From: Felis catus
Lineage: Eukaryota
DNA length: 64,000 nt
NCBI RefSeq assembly: GCF_018350175.1
Contig: NC_058368.1
Location: 39,620,001 to 39,684,000, forward strand
Direction: 5' to 3'
Made by a program: the position numbers and the translations under genes. Shown here one piece after another: positions 35,941-49,475 of the stretch; positions within the stretch are counted from its first letter, which is position 1, and each line of letters opens with the position of its first letter. The notes beneath the pieces were generated by a model. The model did not search any database and was not told the origin of the DNA. It was given only the letters and a program-made list of their open reading frames with translations.

Positions 35941-37029
35941 TCCATATTTATCCGATAGACTATGAAACAGCCCTTAAAGATTGGATCAATGTCAATAAAT
36001 CTTAACAGTAAAATATTGAGTGAAAAAGTACTGTGTTTGATTTGTATGATAGATTTAGTAATTAAGAAAAGTAAAAAAAAACAGCGCTACATATTTTTAT
36101 GGGTGCACATGTAATAACTACATGAAATATGAATAAGAAAGTTGCACAGAAGGTGAGAGAGAAAATTGAATATCAGTGGATAGGATGGAAAGATCTGACA
36201 TTGTCTTTCATATTTTATTTACGAATAATATGAAGCAAACATATAAAAATATTTAAATTCGTTGAATCTGGAAAATAGGTACATTGGTGTCTATTATGCT
36301 GTTTTTTCTATATGTTTGACATAGTTCACTTAAATATTTTTATCTTAAGGTGTTTGCAAAACAGTGTTCAATTTAATTCCTAATGTAACTTTGTAGAGAA
36401 AACATTATCTTTATATTACAGAATAAAATACTGAGATTCATTAAAATGATATGATATGTCTGTCAGTATTCCAATTACAGTCCCCCCTACCCCCTGCCTC
36501 CAAACTTGTTAATGTGACAGCATGGTGTATTTCCCATGGGAAATATTTACCTATCACTTAATAAAATTTTGTCCAAAGAATTCACTAAAAACATTTTCAT
36601 AGCCTACATTCTTCTAATCGTCATATATAATTTGGAGCTCCACTATTGCTTATAAAATACTCTAGTATCGGTAGTTTAACTGATATTTCAAAGGTCACCC
36701 CACACTTAACTCCATTTCACAGATGTAAGGGATTGCTTAAGCTTTTTAAGAACCGGAAGTTTCTTCCTGGTTTACTGCTGTACAAAAAATGCTGCTGAAG
36801 AAGAAAAGTTCACCAACAATTATGTATTTCAAGGCAGACCCAAGATTTGAAGGGACAAATTAAGTGGCAAAGATTAGAGTGGGGTGGGGATATAAAATAA
36901 TAACAAATATAATTCTTTTCAAATGATATTATATAACCTGACCTGTATTTACCACAAATCAAACATACATTAAGTATTTAATAGAAATCAGAAAACAAAT
37001 GTTGCATGACCTTATTGAATTTGTAGAAG

Positions 37030-37385
37030 CACAGCGCTGGTGGCAGGGGTTGTGGGGGGAAATGAAGAGATAATGGTAAAGGGGTACAAAGTTTCAGTTA
37101 GGAAAGATGAGTTAGCTCTGGAGAGCTAATGTACAGCATAGTGACCATAGTTAACAACACTTTATCATACACTTAAAAGTGGGAAGAGGGTAAATCTTAA
37201 GAGTTCTCCCATGGACAAAAAAAAGGTAACTATATGAGATGAAAGATGTGTTAATCTGTTTGATTATGGTGGTCCTTTTACAACACTTATGTATTTCAAA
37301 ACATCAGCTTGTACATCTTAAAATATACAATTTAAATTTGTCAATTATATCACAAAAAAGCGAAAAAAAGAAAAAGGGAAAAAAA
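37030..37385 (+). mobile_element. L1MA-type 3' end
   Basis: GGGTACAAAGTTTCAGTTA...ATGTACAGCATAGTGACCATAGTTAAC...GTCAATTATATCAC plus A tail. Confidence 0.85.
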
Positions 37386-37974
37386 GGCAGTGAAATGTCA
37401 GAACCTAAATATTCACACAAATTAAGAAATGTGTAATAACCCATTATATCTAAGTGCCAATTAAGAGGGAAAACATGGAATACAGGTGAAAGCTAAGTGA
37501 AGAAATGAAAAGAAGAAATTTTAATTTTACTTCACTAAAGAAAATAGAAGTAGCAAACGAAGAATTTTAATGTGTTGCTCTGCTAACCCAGAGTTGTCCC
37601 TCCTTTGGATTTGCAGGATATTTAATAATAGTGCCAACGAATTGCTTCTGTACTACTTGGAAAAGGCTGTGGCAATACTTTTCAGCTTAATTAAGATGGA
37701 GTTAATGTGGGTAAAATGCAAACTACTACAAGTGCAAAATTTTTCCGTAAATTTTGGCTGCATATTCTGTGTCAGACTCTAATCCTTAACATTACACAGG
37801 TAGAAAAGTGAGGAAATATAAATTGAAGTATCTTTTGTGGTTCAAACATTGCCAAAGGTGAGGGCTGGTCATTGTTAATTCTATCAAAAGTGAGAATTGT
37901 CTTACTGTATTACATGTATTTCCTATATATTTACATAAAAATTATCTCATATTTTAGTTCTTTGTAATAAGCTA

Positions 37975-38094
37975 ATGTATGTGGGGATATAGGCATATGT
38001 ATATATACACATACATATATATGTATATATATGTATGTGTATATATATATGTATGTATATATATTCGTTGTATAGGTAAGCGTATGTATTCATG

Positions 38095-38130
<36 letters not shown>

Positions 38131-38146
38131 ATTGCATACATATACA
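37975..38146. repeat. (TA)/(TG)/(CA) low-complexity tract
   Basis: Direct reading. Confidence 0.93.
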
Positions 38147-38179
38147 CCATGGGAGGAGATTACTTGAAAGAGAAATGAA

Positions 38180-38400
38180 ATTAAGATTTATTGAGTCTGT
38201 ACTAAATGCCACATGACATACTGGATATTATATATTATTTCATGTAATTTCATAATATCTGTAAGGTAGGTTGCCATTATTATCCCAATTCTGCTGATAA
38301 GAAAACTGAGTTATAGTTTTATCAAGTACTATGGGAAGCATAGCCAATAACAGCAGAAGTATATTTAAAGCAAGATGCAAAGTTTCTAAAGTTCATAATT
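38180..38400 (-). mobile_element. MIR
   Basis: ATTTATTGAGT...ATGCCA...CTGTAAGGTAGGT...TTATTATCCCAATT...GATAAGAAAACTGAG. Confidence 0.75.
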
Positions 38401-39675
38401 CTGACATATCATAATGTTTTAGGTTTGGCAAAACCACAAGTATTAGAATGTCATGGCATTCATCCATGTTCATATCCTTACAACTTATTAACTTGTTTCC
38501 TATACTTGCCTATACTTCTGAGCTTGTTTTCTCATCTCAAAAATGAGAGTCTTAATATAGGTTTTATTAGAGTGATTCTACCTTTATCCAAAAATTATCA
38601 CTAGAGGGACAAAAAAGCCTAACAGCTATATATAAATGTATTAAAATTAAAGTATACCCATTGTTAATGTTTTTATGTTATTTATGTACTTTTCTTATGT
38701 GAACTTCATTTGTTTTTCCACAGGAAAAAGAATTCAAGTTAATTTGAAGATGTTTGCTTAATCAATGTCCTATACGCTTATTTTATGAATATAGTTGGCC
38801 ATTTTACTTTATGTTATATTAAGATTTATGTATAACCATGCAATATGCACTAAGTGTAGACTCTTCTTTTTGATAACAGGAATGATACCAAAAAAAGGAA
38901 AGTTAGAGTTTCCTGGATTAAACTTTATATAAATAATATTTTTATTCTTTCTTGGAACTAAGATATCCGATATTTTCAACTAGATAAAGACTCTTCTCAT
39001 TTTTTATAGTTTTCAACTAAATGTTACATTCAGTTTAACTATAAAAATGTTAAACTTCAAATACTCCACTATATCGCCTACAAGCCATGCATGAGCACAC
39101 TTGACATGATGGTCAGAAAAACAAGTCTTTTCAAGTGGATACAGATGCCAGCTGAACCTGCCACAAGGTTACCTCTGGTAATAAATTTACTTTCCTTGAA
39201 GTAAAGAGATCGAAACACTAAATGGCATAAAGATAAAAGGTTGTCTGTGGAAGGCTTCATCTGATCAAGGTAAATACAGTCTATTCTTGACAGCAGGTCA
39301 AAATACGGCAATCTGGTATCTCAAAAAGTTTTGTATAATCTACTGTCATTTGTTTGTTATAGGCTTATGAGAGGCACGATGGGTAAAAGCTAGCTGTACT
39401 CTGTCTATACAAAAGAAGTAAACAAATCAAAGAAAAAGAAACTAAAATATTCCTACTGTCTGGCAATCAAATATATATCATGTTATATTCAATGTCTTTG
39501 ATCATATTCCTTCAATTTGGGGTAAATATATATTTAACCTAATTATCATAGATGTAGTCATGAAGAAGCCCAGCTTTAATCAAATGTCCAAACCAAAAGA
39601 GAAATATTGAATGGTTAGTTTCAAGTCCTAAAAAAAAAAAAAAAGACATAAATGGAAGAAAAACCCTGAAACTAC

Positions 39676-39897
39676 TTTAAAAAATTTTTTTAATGTTTGT
39701 TTATTTTTGAGAGTGAGAGAGACAGAGCATGAGTGGGAGAGGGGCAGAGAGAGAGAGGGAGACACAGAATCCTAAGCAGGCTCCAGGATTTGAGCTGTCA
39801 GCACAAAGCCTAATGCGGGACTCGAACTCATGAACTGCAAGATCATGACCTGAGCCAAAGTCGGATGCTCAACCAACTGAGCCACACAGGTGCCCCC
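39676..39897 (-). mobile_element. Can-SINE (SINEC_Fc type)
   Basis: Complete reverse-complemented body. Confidence 0.93.
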
Positions 39898-40829
39898 TAA
39901 ATTGTTTGCACTTTGGCAGAGCAAATAAAATCCTTTGTTTCTATAAAAGAAAAACAAAATATTTCTGGAATTGTAATATAACTGGTATGTAAGAATTATC
40001 TGTATCTCAAGGCAGATTAAAGACTGAATTAGGAAAGATATGACTGAAGGAAACAAAAAAAAAGTGGTAGAATAAGGAATTAATAGTGTAGATTTAAGTG
40101 GGAATAACCTCATAGTGTTGGAGAAGGGATATATTAGAAGGGATTATATTGTAGATTCGACAAGATTTGGACAAGGGTTTGGCTGAGTTAGATTGTAGAA
40201 TTGAGCACAATTTGGAGATTTCTAAATTCCATTCCAGAAGATGGTGATACAAATAAACCCAATGGGTAAACAATTTGCTACAGACCTGCACAGCATTCAT
40301 TCTCATGAATTCATAGTTACTGTTTTTTTCATGTATCTTTATGCCATATTGCCTCAGTCTTTTTGTTTCTTACCTTTTGTCCTTCAGTGCCTAGCACAAT
40401 TTACATCTATTACAAAGCATTTCTTGGGGGAAATTAGTTGCATCTTTCCTGTTGGTACAGGACATCTTTAGACCACTTATTGCTGAAATTATGTTATTAG
40501 TCCCTAAACTGATGGTCGGTCAGCTTCATGAAGGATCAGTAGTAGGTATTTTTTTATTGTTGCAAATAGAAAACTATTTGTTTCGGTGTCCCATGTGTGA
40601 AATTTATTGTTGGTAAATGTGTGTTCAAATACCTGGTTAATAAATAAAATTAATAAATAAAAGGCATTAATTAACTTCTACGAATTTTAAGTATGTACTG
40701 CCTGAGTTATTACTGTGTGTAATGCAGCTGACAGCCTTTCTGGAGAAAGCTGAAATGGAAACACCCGGTGATTGAGTAATAAAGTCAGCTTAGATCTTTC
40801 TTTCATTTTTCTTCTGATTGCTTTTAAAG

Positions 40830-41305
40830 TTATTTTATTTTTTATATTTTCATAGAGTAAAAATTGAACTTTTAGCATCAATTGATATGAATCTCAATAC
40901 ATTCATGGGTTCATGTGACAACCAGAGCACTCTGGGTGCAGAACAGTTCCATCACCCCCAAAACACCCTCCTGATACCCCCTTTAAAGTCACACCCTTCT
41001 CCCACCTCTAAGTCTTACTGGCCACTGATCTGTTCTCCATCACTTTAATTTTGTTTCTTTGTTGTTGTCTTTTTAATTTCATATAAATGGAATCAAATAT
41101 TATGTAACATTTGAGTCTTGCTTCTTTTGTTCAGCAAAACGTGCTGATCGTCAATTCTTTTTTATTGATAGACAGTAGTTCGTTGTATGGATACCACTGT
41201 CTCTTTGCCAATTCACTCACTAAAATACACTTGGTTATTTCCAGTGCTTGTCAATCAAGGAGAGAGCTGCTGTAAACACACTTGTACAGGCTGTATGTGT
41301 TTCAC
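40830..41305 (-). mobile_element. L1MB/MC 3' end
   Basis: CAGAACAGTTCCATCACCCCCAAAA...CCACTGATCTGTTCTCCATCAC...ATATAAATGGAATC...TTGTATGGATACCAC. Confidence 0.8.
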
Positions 41306-41449
41306 TATTTCTAAGCAAGGTTTTTTTTCTTTTTCCTTTCCTAGGAACTTTTGGGTAGAGTCACATTTTTTAAAAAACCGTAACTCTTTCATAATGACCA
41401 GCAATTGTTTGACCGATACATCTATTTATTTATCAAATAATTTTTGCTG

Positions 41450-41580
41450 TATCTACCACAAGCATGTAAATCCCATGAGATCAAGTGTTTTGTGCAGTGC
41501 TATATCACTAATAGTTCAGAAAGTGCCTGGAACTGAGTGAGCACTAAGTAAATGTATATTTGTGAACGAATGTGTGCATG
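41450..41580 (+). mobile_element. L2 3' terminus
   Basis: TGTAAATCCCATGAG...CAGTGCTATATC...AAGTGCCTGGAAC...GCACTAAGTAAAT. Confidence 0.6.
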
Positions 41581-42229
41581 TGTGTGTCTGTGTGTGATAG
41601 AGAGCGAGAGGGAGACATCTTAAACTTCCAGCTCATTATTCCAGAGAAGAGTAACCATAAACAAGGTATGCTAGTTTACAGGAAGGAATGCAAGAGTAGC
41701 TTTATTTGGAGAATCTGTATTTCCTGATATTCAATGTTATCTAATATATAGAATTTTAATAGGAAGTTAATAAGTCAGAAGTAAAACAAATTAGAGTATC
41801 AGGGAAAGTATTTATCTGCTTACGTTTCAAAACCCCAGGAAAACAAAACAGCAGCATATATATTTCAGAGTTTAGCTGTTTTTCAATTTCATTTATGTAT
41901 TTCATCAATGTATGAAACATATATATTATTCTTAAATACTTACATATTTTCTTAAATTTGCAGAGCAACTTAAAACCATCTAAAATTGTTGTTAACAGAG
42001 CTGAGAAATGGGAAAAAGCAATATGAACAAGGTTATACCAAAAAGCTAAGGATGATTTTTTTGAACACACTAATAAAATGTTTAAATCTGTCGTTTAAAA
42101 GAGGAAAAGAAGTGATTGATATCCGTACTTAACAGAAGTTAAGTGAATGAGAATTTTCTAACAATTTCACATTAATAACCATATAAATATAGTATTAGAT
42201 ATTTATAACATGTATGTCATAAGGGTTTT

Positions 42230-42456
42230 TTTTTAAATTTTTTTCAACGTTTTTTATTTATTTTTGGGACAGAGAGAAACAGAGCATGAACGGGAGAGGG
42301 GCAGAGAGAGAGGGAGACATAGAATCGGAAACAGGCTCCAGGCTCTGAGCCATCAGCCCAGAGCCTGACCCGGGGCTCGAACTCACGGAGCGCGAGATCG
42401 AGATCGTGACCTGGCTGAAGTCGGACGCTTAACCGACTGCGCCACCCAGGCGCCCC
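42230..42456 (-). mobile_element. Young felid SINE (SINEC_Fc, GGCGCAGTC variant)
   Basis: Perfect TSD TGTCATAAGGGTTTT; internal GAGATC duplication. Confidence 0.96.
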
Positions 42457-43199
42457 TGTCATAAGGGTTTTGACAAGTGGTTGAAATTTACCGTCTATCT
42501 TGATGAACCAAAGCAGGAAAATGTTTCAGGAGTTCATCAGTGCTGAGTGGCTGCTATCATCTTCTAATGTGGGGAAATATTTGCTGTTTACTAACTTACG
42601 GGATACCTGGGAATAGCTTTCATCAGGTTAACATTAACGAATCAGAATAAAAAAGAGTATATTCTTTAATTTGATCAAGGCCTAAGCTTGTTGTCTTATT
42701 CAGTCAAAGGAATGTGTTAACTAGGAAAATCTTTTTTCCCCTCTGAAATACATTTTAAAAAGTAGATGCCCATATCATATGTCCCATTATTTTCCAAATA
42801 CTAGGATTTAAACTAGGATATACTCTTAATTTTAAACTCCTTTAATGCCCATGATGTTAGAGATTTCTTTCAGAATCACCCTTGTAATTTCTTAGGACAT
42901 TTATCAAAATCTTAGCATATTGCTTTAGGTTGAAAATATATTAGTACAAATGTAACTGTAGTTCTGCGGCACAAGGTAGAAATACCCCAGAGTCTATGAC
43001 TGGTCATTCTTATTCATGAGTATATCATAATAGGCTGATAGGCTACTTTTCCCAGGAAACAAATTTCCTTTTCCACGTGGTCCTTCTGATTAACTAGTAT
43101 CTTAGCACAAGTAATGATACCAATAGCAGAAATTTGAGGTCCTAGACATTTAATCACTGACATAACCTAAGTGTGAAGCATTATTGGGGAAAATAGTAG

Positions 43200-43330
43200 G
43201 CTTCCGAGTTATTCATTAATCGATCAACAAGTATTTATAACTTTTATCGTTTGCTTGATACTGTGTGATGCTGCAGTGGGGGGAAGACCTCAACTGTGCT
43301 TCCGCTCCTGAAGGCAATTTCAATTTAGCA
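43200..43330 (-). mobile_element. L2 3' end fragment
   Basis: ATTCATTAATCGATCAACAAGTATTTAT...GATACTGTG. Confidence 0.45.
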
Positions 43331-43479
43331 ATATCTGTTATACCAGGGCCACTGAATGAATAAAATTATTCAACTGTGCTCTGTTTAATTCTCCAAGAGT
43401 GCCCCCCTTGGACACCATCGTTTTTATTTTTTTATACTAGTTTCCCTACCTGTAAACTGCTTCTCTCGTTCTTTTAACC

Positions 43480-43839
43480 AGGCTTTGAAGAGTAATGACA
43501 TTGAGTGACGTTCCAGTTTCTGAGCTCAGAGTGAGAAGTGGCAGCTTTCACTTCCTGCCTCCTGAGCCACCCCATTAAGAACCCTGCCAGAGAGAATCCT
43601 GCTAGAATGCGAGAGACCACAGTGAAGAGCAGTAAGGCTCCAGACTGGTTAAGTGGAGAAGTGACGAGGTGAGAAGATCTGCTGGGCAGACCTCAAATGA
43701 GGCCAACAGAAGAACCATTTAGGTATGGCCCAGCCAACTTAGAGAATCAAGAGAAACCATCAAATGGTTGTTGTTTCAAACAAGTAACTTTGGATGAGGT
43801 TTCTTATGCAGCAATATGCAGCAAAAGATAACTGAAACA
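43480..43839 (+). mobile_element. MaLR LTR (MLT1F/H-like)
   Basis: GGCAGCTTTCACTTCCTGCCTC...CAGAAGAACCA...CCCAGCCAAC...TGGTTGTTGTTTCAA...GCAGCAAAAGATAACTGAAACA. Confidence 0.75.
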
Positions 43840-45127
43840 ATAAACTGGCACGTTGACATAAAAGAAGAGTAAGGAACAATTAGATTGTTTTCAAATTCAG
43901 CTTATGTCCTAAAGATATTGGATTTCTGAAATCATGATGGCAGCACATTAGTGCCTTTTGCAGTGCACTCTCAGAGCAAATAAAGCTGCTGTGATTTGCC
44001 ATTTCATTGACACAGGTGTCTCATCACAAAGAGAGGGAATAATAGTCTCTTTCTCACGATTCAGCTGAGATAATTGGTATATTCTTGTCAGTTAGGGTCA
44101 GCTCGTTACTGTAAAGATAAAGATTAAATGGAAGAATTTAGAACACCTACTTAGAGGCAAGAATCACTGGCTTATAAAGCCAGAATAGAAGAGCAAATTT
44201 CTTACGTTGTTTTACAAAAAACTATGAAACTCTGGTGTAAGCCTCGCTTATTAATAGGGTGGATTTAGAAAAAGGTAATGCTTTTTAAACCAGCCTATCA
44301 GAAATTTTGCTACCATCTCCAAAACAATGAGAATCACAGTGATTTTTCAGTGCCATTACAAAAGCATGGCATATAGGGAAATAAATCCATATTCAAAATA
44401 AATGACTATTCGATAAGGAGAAATTACTGTCCATCCAAGCAGGAAGGTTTCCAATGTAATCAACTATTAGCCTGGTAGCTAGCTGACTCCCCTTAGGAGA
44501 GGTTGTATCAGAGATTCAATATTAGCCTCTCTATTACAGATAAGATAGGAACTCATAACTTTTCATTTTGAAATTCAGACCCTTGACTTGCCCCTTCTCT
44601 CAAATTGATAAACAATTGCTCTGCCACAGAGTATGTATGCTGTGTGACATTTAATTCAGGAATTCTGCCGAGTGCTTTCATTTACATGGAAGGTTCAGTA
44701 TTTTGTCTAAATTTTGAATACCTTTTGTATCATATTTATGTTTATTACAGGAACAGCCTTTATAATGGCAGTGATAGAATTTTAAAACAAAACTATTCTG
44801 TTTTTTCTCAAGCTTCTCAAGAATTGGTTAAGATCGCAAGTTAAGCTCTAAAACCTATTACTAGCATTTACCTCTATGAATGAGGATTTTGTCTTCCAGT
44901 ATAATTATAATAAAAGGTAAAATAAACTTGAAACTAGGGTTAGCTAAAGATTGCAAACTTTGCCTCTGATCCACAATGCAATGCTTATCATAGATGATTT
45001 TTGTTTTAACACAATGTACATATTACAACTCTGAATTTATTAAACAGATATATAGAGTACCATACATGTTGGGAGACAATTATCTGTATAAATTATATGC
45101 TGCAGATCCTTTGAGCAAAGGCATTAT

Positions 45128-45337
45128 GTAAAAGTAAGAATGTTTGTATAAGGAGATTTTCCAGAAGAGTAAAGTATAAAGACATCATTGACCTCAAAAT
45201 GTTCCAGAATGTAAAGACCTTTCCTTCCCTTCAAGAAAGATTTGCTTACATTGATAAGCAAAATAAAGATAAGGAAATGAATTAAATAAACCAAAATAAA
45301 GATAAGCAAAATAAACGTAAGATAAAGTAAGTTAAGG

Positions 45338-45377
<40 letters not shown>

Positions 45378-45575
45378 ACTCTCTTGCTCTCCAGAGCAGA
45401 ATATGGACAAGATCACCAGCTGCTGTCTGTAAGACTGAAGTCGTACAATTTGGGGTCCCTCTCCTGTACTGCCCCTACTGCATGCATGGATAACATCTAG
45501 TCCTCCTGAAATGCTCTGTCAGTGTTTGTGTTCAGAGAATGACACAAAATTCAGCTTCTGATACAGCAATACCCT
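45128..45575 (+). mobile_element. ERV1 LTR remnant (MER89/MER90-like)
   Basis: TGTAA start, CATTGACCTC..AATGTTCCAGAA...AGATTTGCTTACATT...GGGGTCCCTCTCCTGTA; contains (CT)n and AAAATAAAGATAAG repeats. Confidence 0.5.
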
Positions 45576-46203
45576 TTTCATACAGATTATAAATGAGTGG
45601 TTCCATGTTAAATATTATTTTAAAGTTTAGATTTATAGAAAATTTGGAAAGATAATGAGGAGTAATTCCTATGCTAATTTTTTTCTAATTTTATTTTCCC
45701 ATTGTCATTTTAGCTATATACTTTTTGCATTTTGGAGTGGGTATGTCTTTTCTAGGATTATAATATAGATCCCTAAATTATACAGTTCATTTATTATTCC
45801 TGTTATACTACTTCATATAAAATGTAGAAACTTTGTAATTGGATAGGTTAATATTACTCTTTTATGTTATACTATGGTCGACAAATATTTTTGTCTGTAT
45901 GTTTTTATACATGTATACATGTAATTGTGTATAATAACATCTACAATGCAATGCTACGAATTTTGCTGTTGATAGTTAATGTAGCACAAGGAACACAAGA
46001 GGAGTAATTTTTTTTTAAGTATAACCTTTAGTATGGATGCAGAGAGTAGTCATTTCTATGCATAACATTCCTGTCTGAGGTTGCAAAGTTCTATCTAGTA
46101 TCATTTCCATTGAGGCTATAGGACATTTATTTTTAGCATTTCTTGGAGTGAAAGTCTTCTGGTGAAAAATTCTTATTTATTTTATTAATCCTAAAAAGGT
46201 CTT

Positions 46204-46428
46204 AATTTTTTTTTTTAATTTTTTTAAATGTTCATTTATTTTTGAGAGAGAGACAGAGCACAATCAGGGAAGGGGCAGAGAGTAAGAGGGAGACACAGAA
46301 TCCAAAATCAGGCTCCAGGCTCTGAGCTGTCAACATAGAGCTCAACACGGGGCTGTAACCCAAGAACCATGAGATCATGACCCAAGCTGAAGACGGATGC
46401 TTAACCAACTGAGCCACCCAGGCGCCCC
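46204..46428 (-). mobile_element. Can-SINE (SINEC_Fc type)
   Basis: TSD AAAAAGGTCTT. Confidence 0.94.
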
Positions 46429-46889
46429 AAAAAAGGTCTTCATTTTTGAAAAATATTTCACACGTTGTTAAAATTCTGGATTGATAGTGTTTTTTCTTTA
46501 AAGATGTTGTTTTGTACTGTTTTGGCTTCCTTGGTCTGATGAGAAGTCAGACATGAATCGAATTGTTTCCCCACTCTATGTAATGTCTCATTTTTGTCTT
46601 ACTGCCTTCAAGATTTGCTTGTTTTCTTCAACTTTTAGTGCTTACATGAGTGTTGCTTCCTTGCGAGTTTTTTCTTTGAGCATCTCATAGCTGTCAATTT
46701 TTGTCATTCACCAAATTTAGAAAACTATTTGGCTATTACTTATTCAAATAGTTTTTTCTTCTTACTGTCTTTTTCTTCTTCTTTTAGTCCACATGTCCAG
46801 ATGCTGTGTAATTAAATATTATCCACCACTTTCTGGGACTATGTTCACTTCATTTCATTTGTTCTATATTTATTATCTGAATTCTTTCT

Positions 46890-46911
46890 TTTTTTTAAAT
46901 ATTTATTTATT

Positions 46912-46961
<50 letters not shown>

Positions 46962-47127
46962 AGCGGCGGAGAGGCAGAGAGAGAGAGGGAGACACAGAAT
47001 CTGAAGGAGGATCCAGGGTCTGAGCTGTCAGTACAGAGCCAGATGTGGGGCTCGAACTCACCAACTGCGAGATCATTACCTGAGCTGAAGTCGGACACTT
47101 AATCTACTGAGCCACCCAGGTACCCCC
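46890..47127 (-). mobile_element. Can-SINE (GACCCTGGATCCTC variant)
   Basis: TSD TATTATCTG(A/T)ATT(C/A)TTTCT. Confidence 0.94.
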
Positions 47128-48151
47128 TATTATCTGTATTATTTCTATTGACCCACCCAGCTATTATTTTTATTTCACATATAATAAGTTATAGCTTTAT
47201 AATTATGCATTTGAGTTTTAAAAAATAATTTATATTTAACTACTGAAATTTTCCGTATTTTTCCATTGGGGGCATATTTATTTTACTTTAAGTATTTTTA
47301 GCAGCTGCTTTAAAACTCTTGCCTAATAATTCTGACATCTAGATTATCTCAAGGTCAATCTTAATTGATACTCTTTTCACTTGAGAATGTGTTACGTTTT
47401 CTTCATGCTTTGTATTAGGACAATTTTGCATTGTATTCTAGACTCATGAAGGTTAAGTTGTGAAGATTCTGGATTCTATTTATTGTTGTCAAATAAATTT
47501 GGTTTGTTTTAGTAAGCAATGATTTTGGTTGGAATTCAACTGTAAACAGTATCTCTGGAGTAACATTTTTGGTCTCAGTTCAGATATTTTGTTTTTGTTT
47601 GAGCTACTTTGAGTCTTTCCTATACACGAATATTTTAGAGATTAATCAGAATTGTGCATAGTTATAATTTGATATCTCTTCTCTGGCTCTTTCCCTAATA
47701 GAACTTGATGTTTATTAGCCAGAATTACCCTGACCTCAGTGTTCTGTATCTCCTGGCTAGAAAGTCTGTATCTTTTCACTGGGTACCCTCTCAGTTAATT
47801 TACTGGGCCCCCAAAATGGAAACTCAGTATACAATTCCCTTGCTCTAGGTCTACACACACTCTGAGATTCTTTCTGCTTCTTTCACTTCCCAGGAATTGC
47901 TTTTTATTATGTTTCCATACATTAGAGCTGCCCACCCTCTTCCCCCACCCAACACACACACACACAGGAGAGTCAGGTAGGAAGTCATTTAATTGTTACA
48001 TAAGAAAATCCTCTTTCTTTGATCATTGTATTGATCTTTGTATCCTCACTGTTTCTTTTCTAGTTTACCCAAATGCCCTTTGAATATTCTCATCAAAGTT
48101 AGACCTGGCAGCCACTGAAAGATCTAGTTAATTACAAAGTAGAGCAAACTT

Positions 48152-48374
48152 GGGGCAGCTGGGTGGCTCAGCGTCTGACTTAGACTCAGGTCATGATCTT
48201 GAGGTTCGTGAGTTTGAGCCCAACGTCTGGCTCTGTGCTGACAGCTCAGACCCTGGATCCTCTTCAGATTCTGTGTCTCCCTCTCTCCCTGAACCTCCCC
48301 CACTCACACTCTGTCCCTGTCTCTGTCTCTGTCTCTCTCTCAAAAATAAAACATTAAAAATAAAAAAAAATTAA
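48152..48374 (+). mobile_element. Can-SINE (GACCCTGGATCCTC variant)
   Basis: TSD AAAGTAGAGC(A/C)AACT. Confidence 0.94.
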
Positions 48375-48473
48375 AAAGTAGAGCCAACTATTTTATGTAT
48401 GTATTGATATATTACGTTTTTATGTGATTGTGAGAGTATCCCATAGCTTGTGCATAAATATATATTGATTATT

Positions 48474-48958
48474 CTTTTATATTCAAGTATAATTAACATA
48501 CAGTGTTATATTAGTTTCAGGTCTATAATATAATGATTCAACAATTCTGTACATTGCTCAGTGCTCATCGAGATGAGTGTACATTTTTTAATTTTATTTT
48601 TTTAAATTTACATCCAAATTAGTTAGCATATAGTGCAACGATGATTTCAGGAGTAGATTCCTTAGTGCCCCTTACCCATTTAGCCCATCCCCCCTCCCAC
48701 AACCCCTCCAGTAACCCTCAGTTTGTTCTCCATATTTATGAGTTTCTTCTGTTTTGTCCCCTTCCCTGTTTTTATATTATTTTTGTTTCCCTTCCCTTAT
48801 GTCATCTGTTTTGTCTCTTAAAGTCTTCATATGAGTGAAGTCATGTGACTTTTGTCTTTCTCTGGCTGACTAATCTCACTTAGCATAATCCCCTCCAGTT
48901 CCATCCACGTAGTTGCAAATGGCAAGATTTCATTCTTTTTTATTGCCGAGTAATACTT

Positions 48959-49002
<44 letters not shown>

Positions 49003-49475
49003 ATATATATATATATATACACATATATATATATATATACCACATCTTCTTTAACCATTCATCTATCGATGGACATTTGGGTTCTTCCCATATTTTGACT
49101 ACTGTTGATAGCGGTGCTATAAACATGGGGGTGAATGTGTCCCTTTGAAACAGCACACCTGTATTCCGTGGATAAATGCCTAGTAGTGCAATTGCTGGTC
49201 ACAGGGTAGTTCTATTTTTAGATTTTGGGGGAACCTCCATACTGTTTTCCAGAGTGGCTGCATCAGCTTGTACTCCCAGAGATGAATGTACTCTTAACCC
49301 CCTTTACTTATTTCACTATTCCCCCCCACGCACCTTCTTTCTGTCAACCACCAGATTCTTCTCTATATTTAAGGGTCTGTTTTTTTGTCTGTTACTTTCA
49401 TTGTTTGTTTGCTGTGTTTCTTAAATTCCACATATGAGTGAAATCATACATTTGTCTTTCCAGAATGATTATTCA
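48474..49475 (-). mobile_element. Carnivore L1 3' end hosting a younger L1
   Basis: AGTATAATTAACATACAGTGTTATATTAGTTTCAGG...; resumes at 49292 TCTTAACCCC...TTAAATTCCACATATGAGTGAAATCATA. Confidence 0.85.
48583..49278 (-). mobile_element. Nested carnivore/felid L1 3' end with ORF2 C-terminus
   Basis: ORF 48827-49156 gives TPMFIAPLST...PKCPSIDEW...YYSAIKKNEILPFATTWMELEGIMLSEISQ; TSD GAGATGA(G/A)TGTAC at 48570-48582 and 49279-49291. Confidence 0.92.

Larger units (their letters stand above)
45690..47930 (-). mobile_element. Old L1M 5'/ORF1 region, interrupted by two SINEs
   Basis: TCTAGTATCATTTCC...TTTAGCATTTCTTG...CTGATGAGAAGTCAG...CTGCCTTCAAGATT...TAGCAGCTGCTTTAAA...ATTCTGACATCT. Confidence 0.7.
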
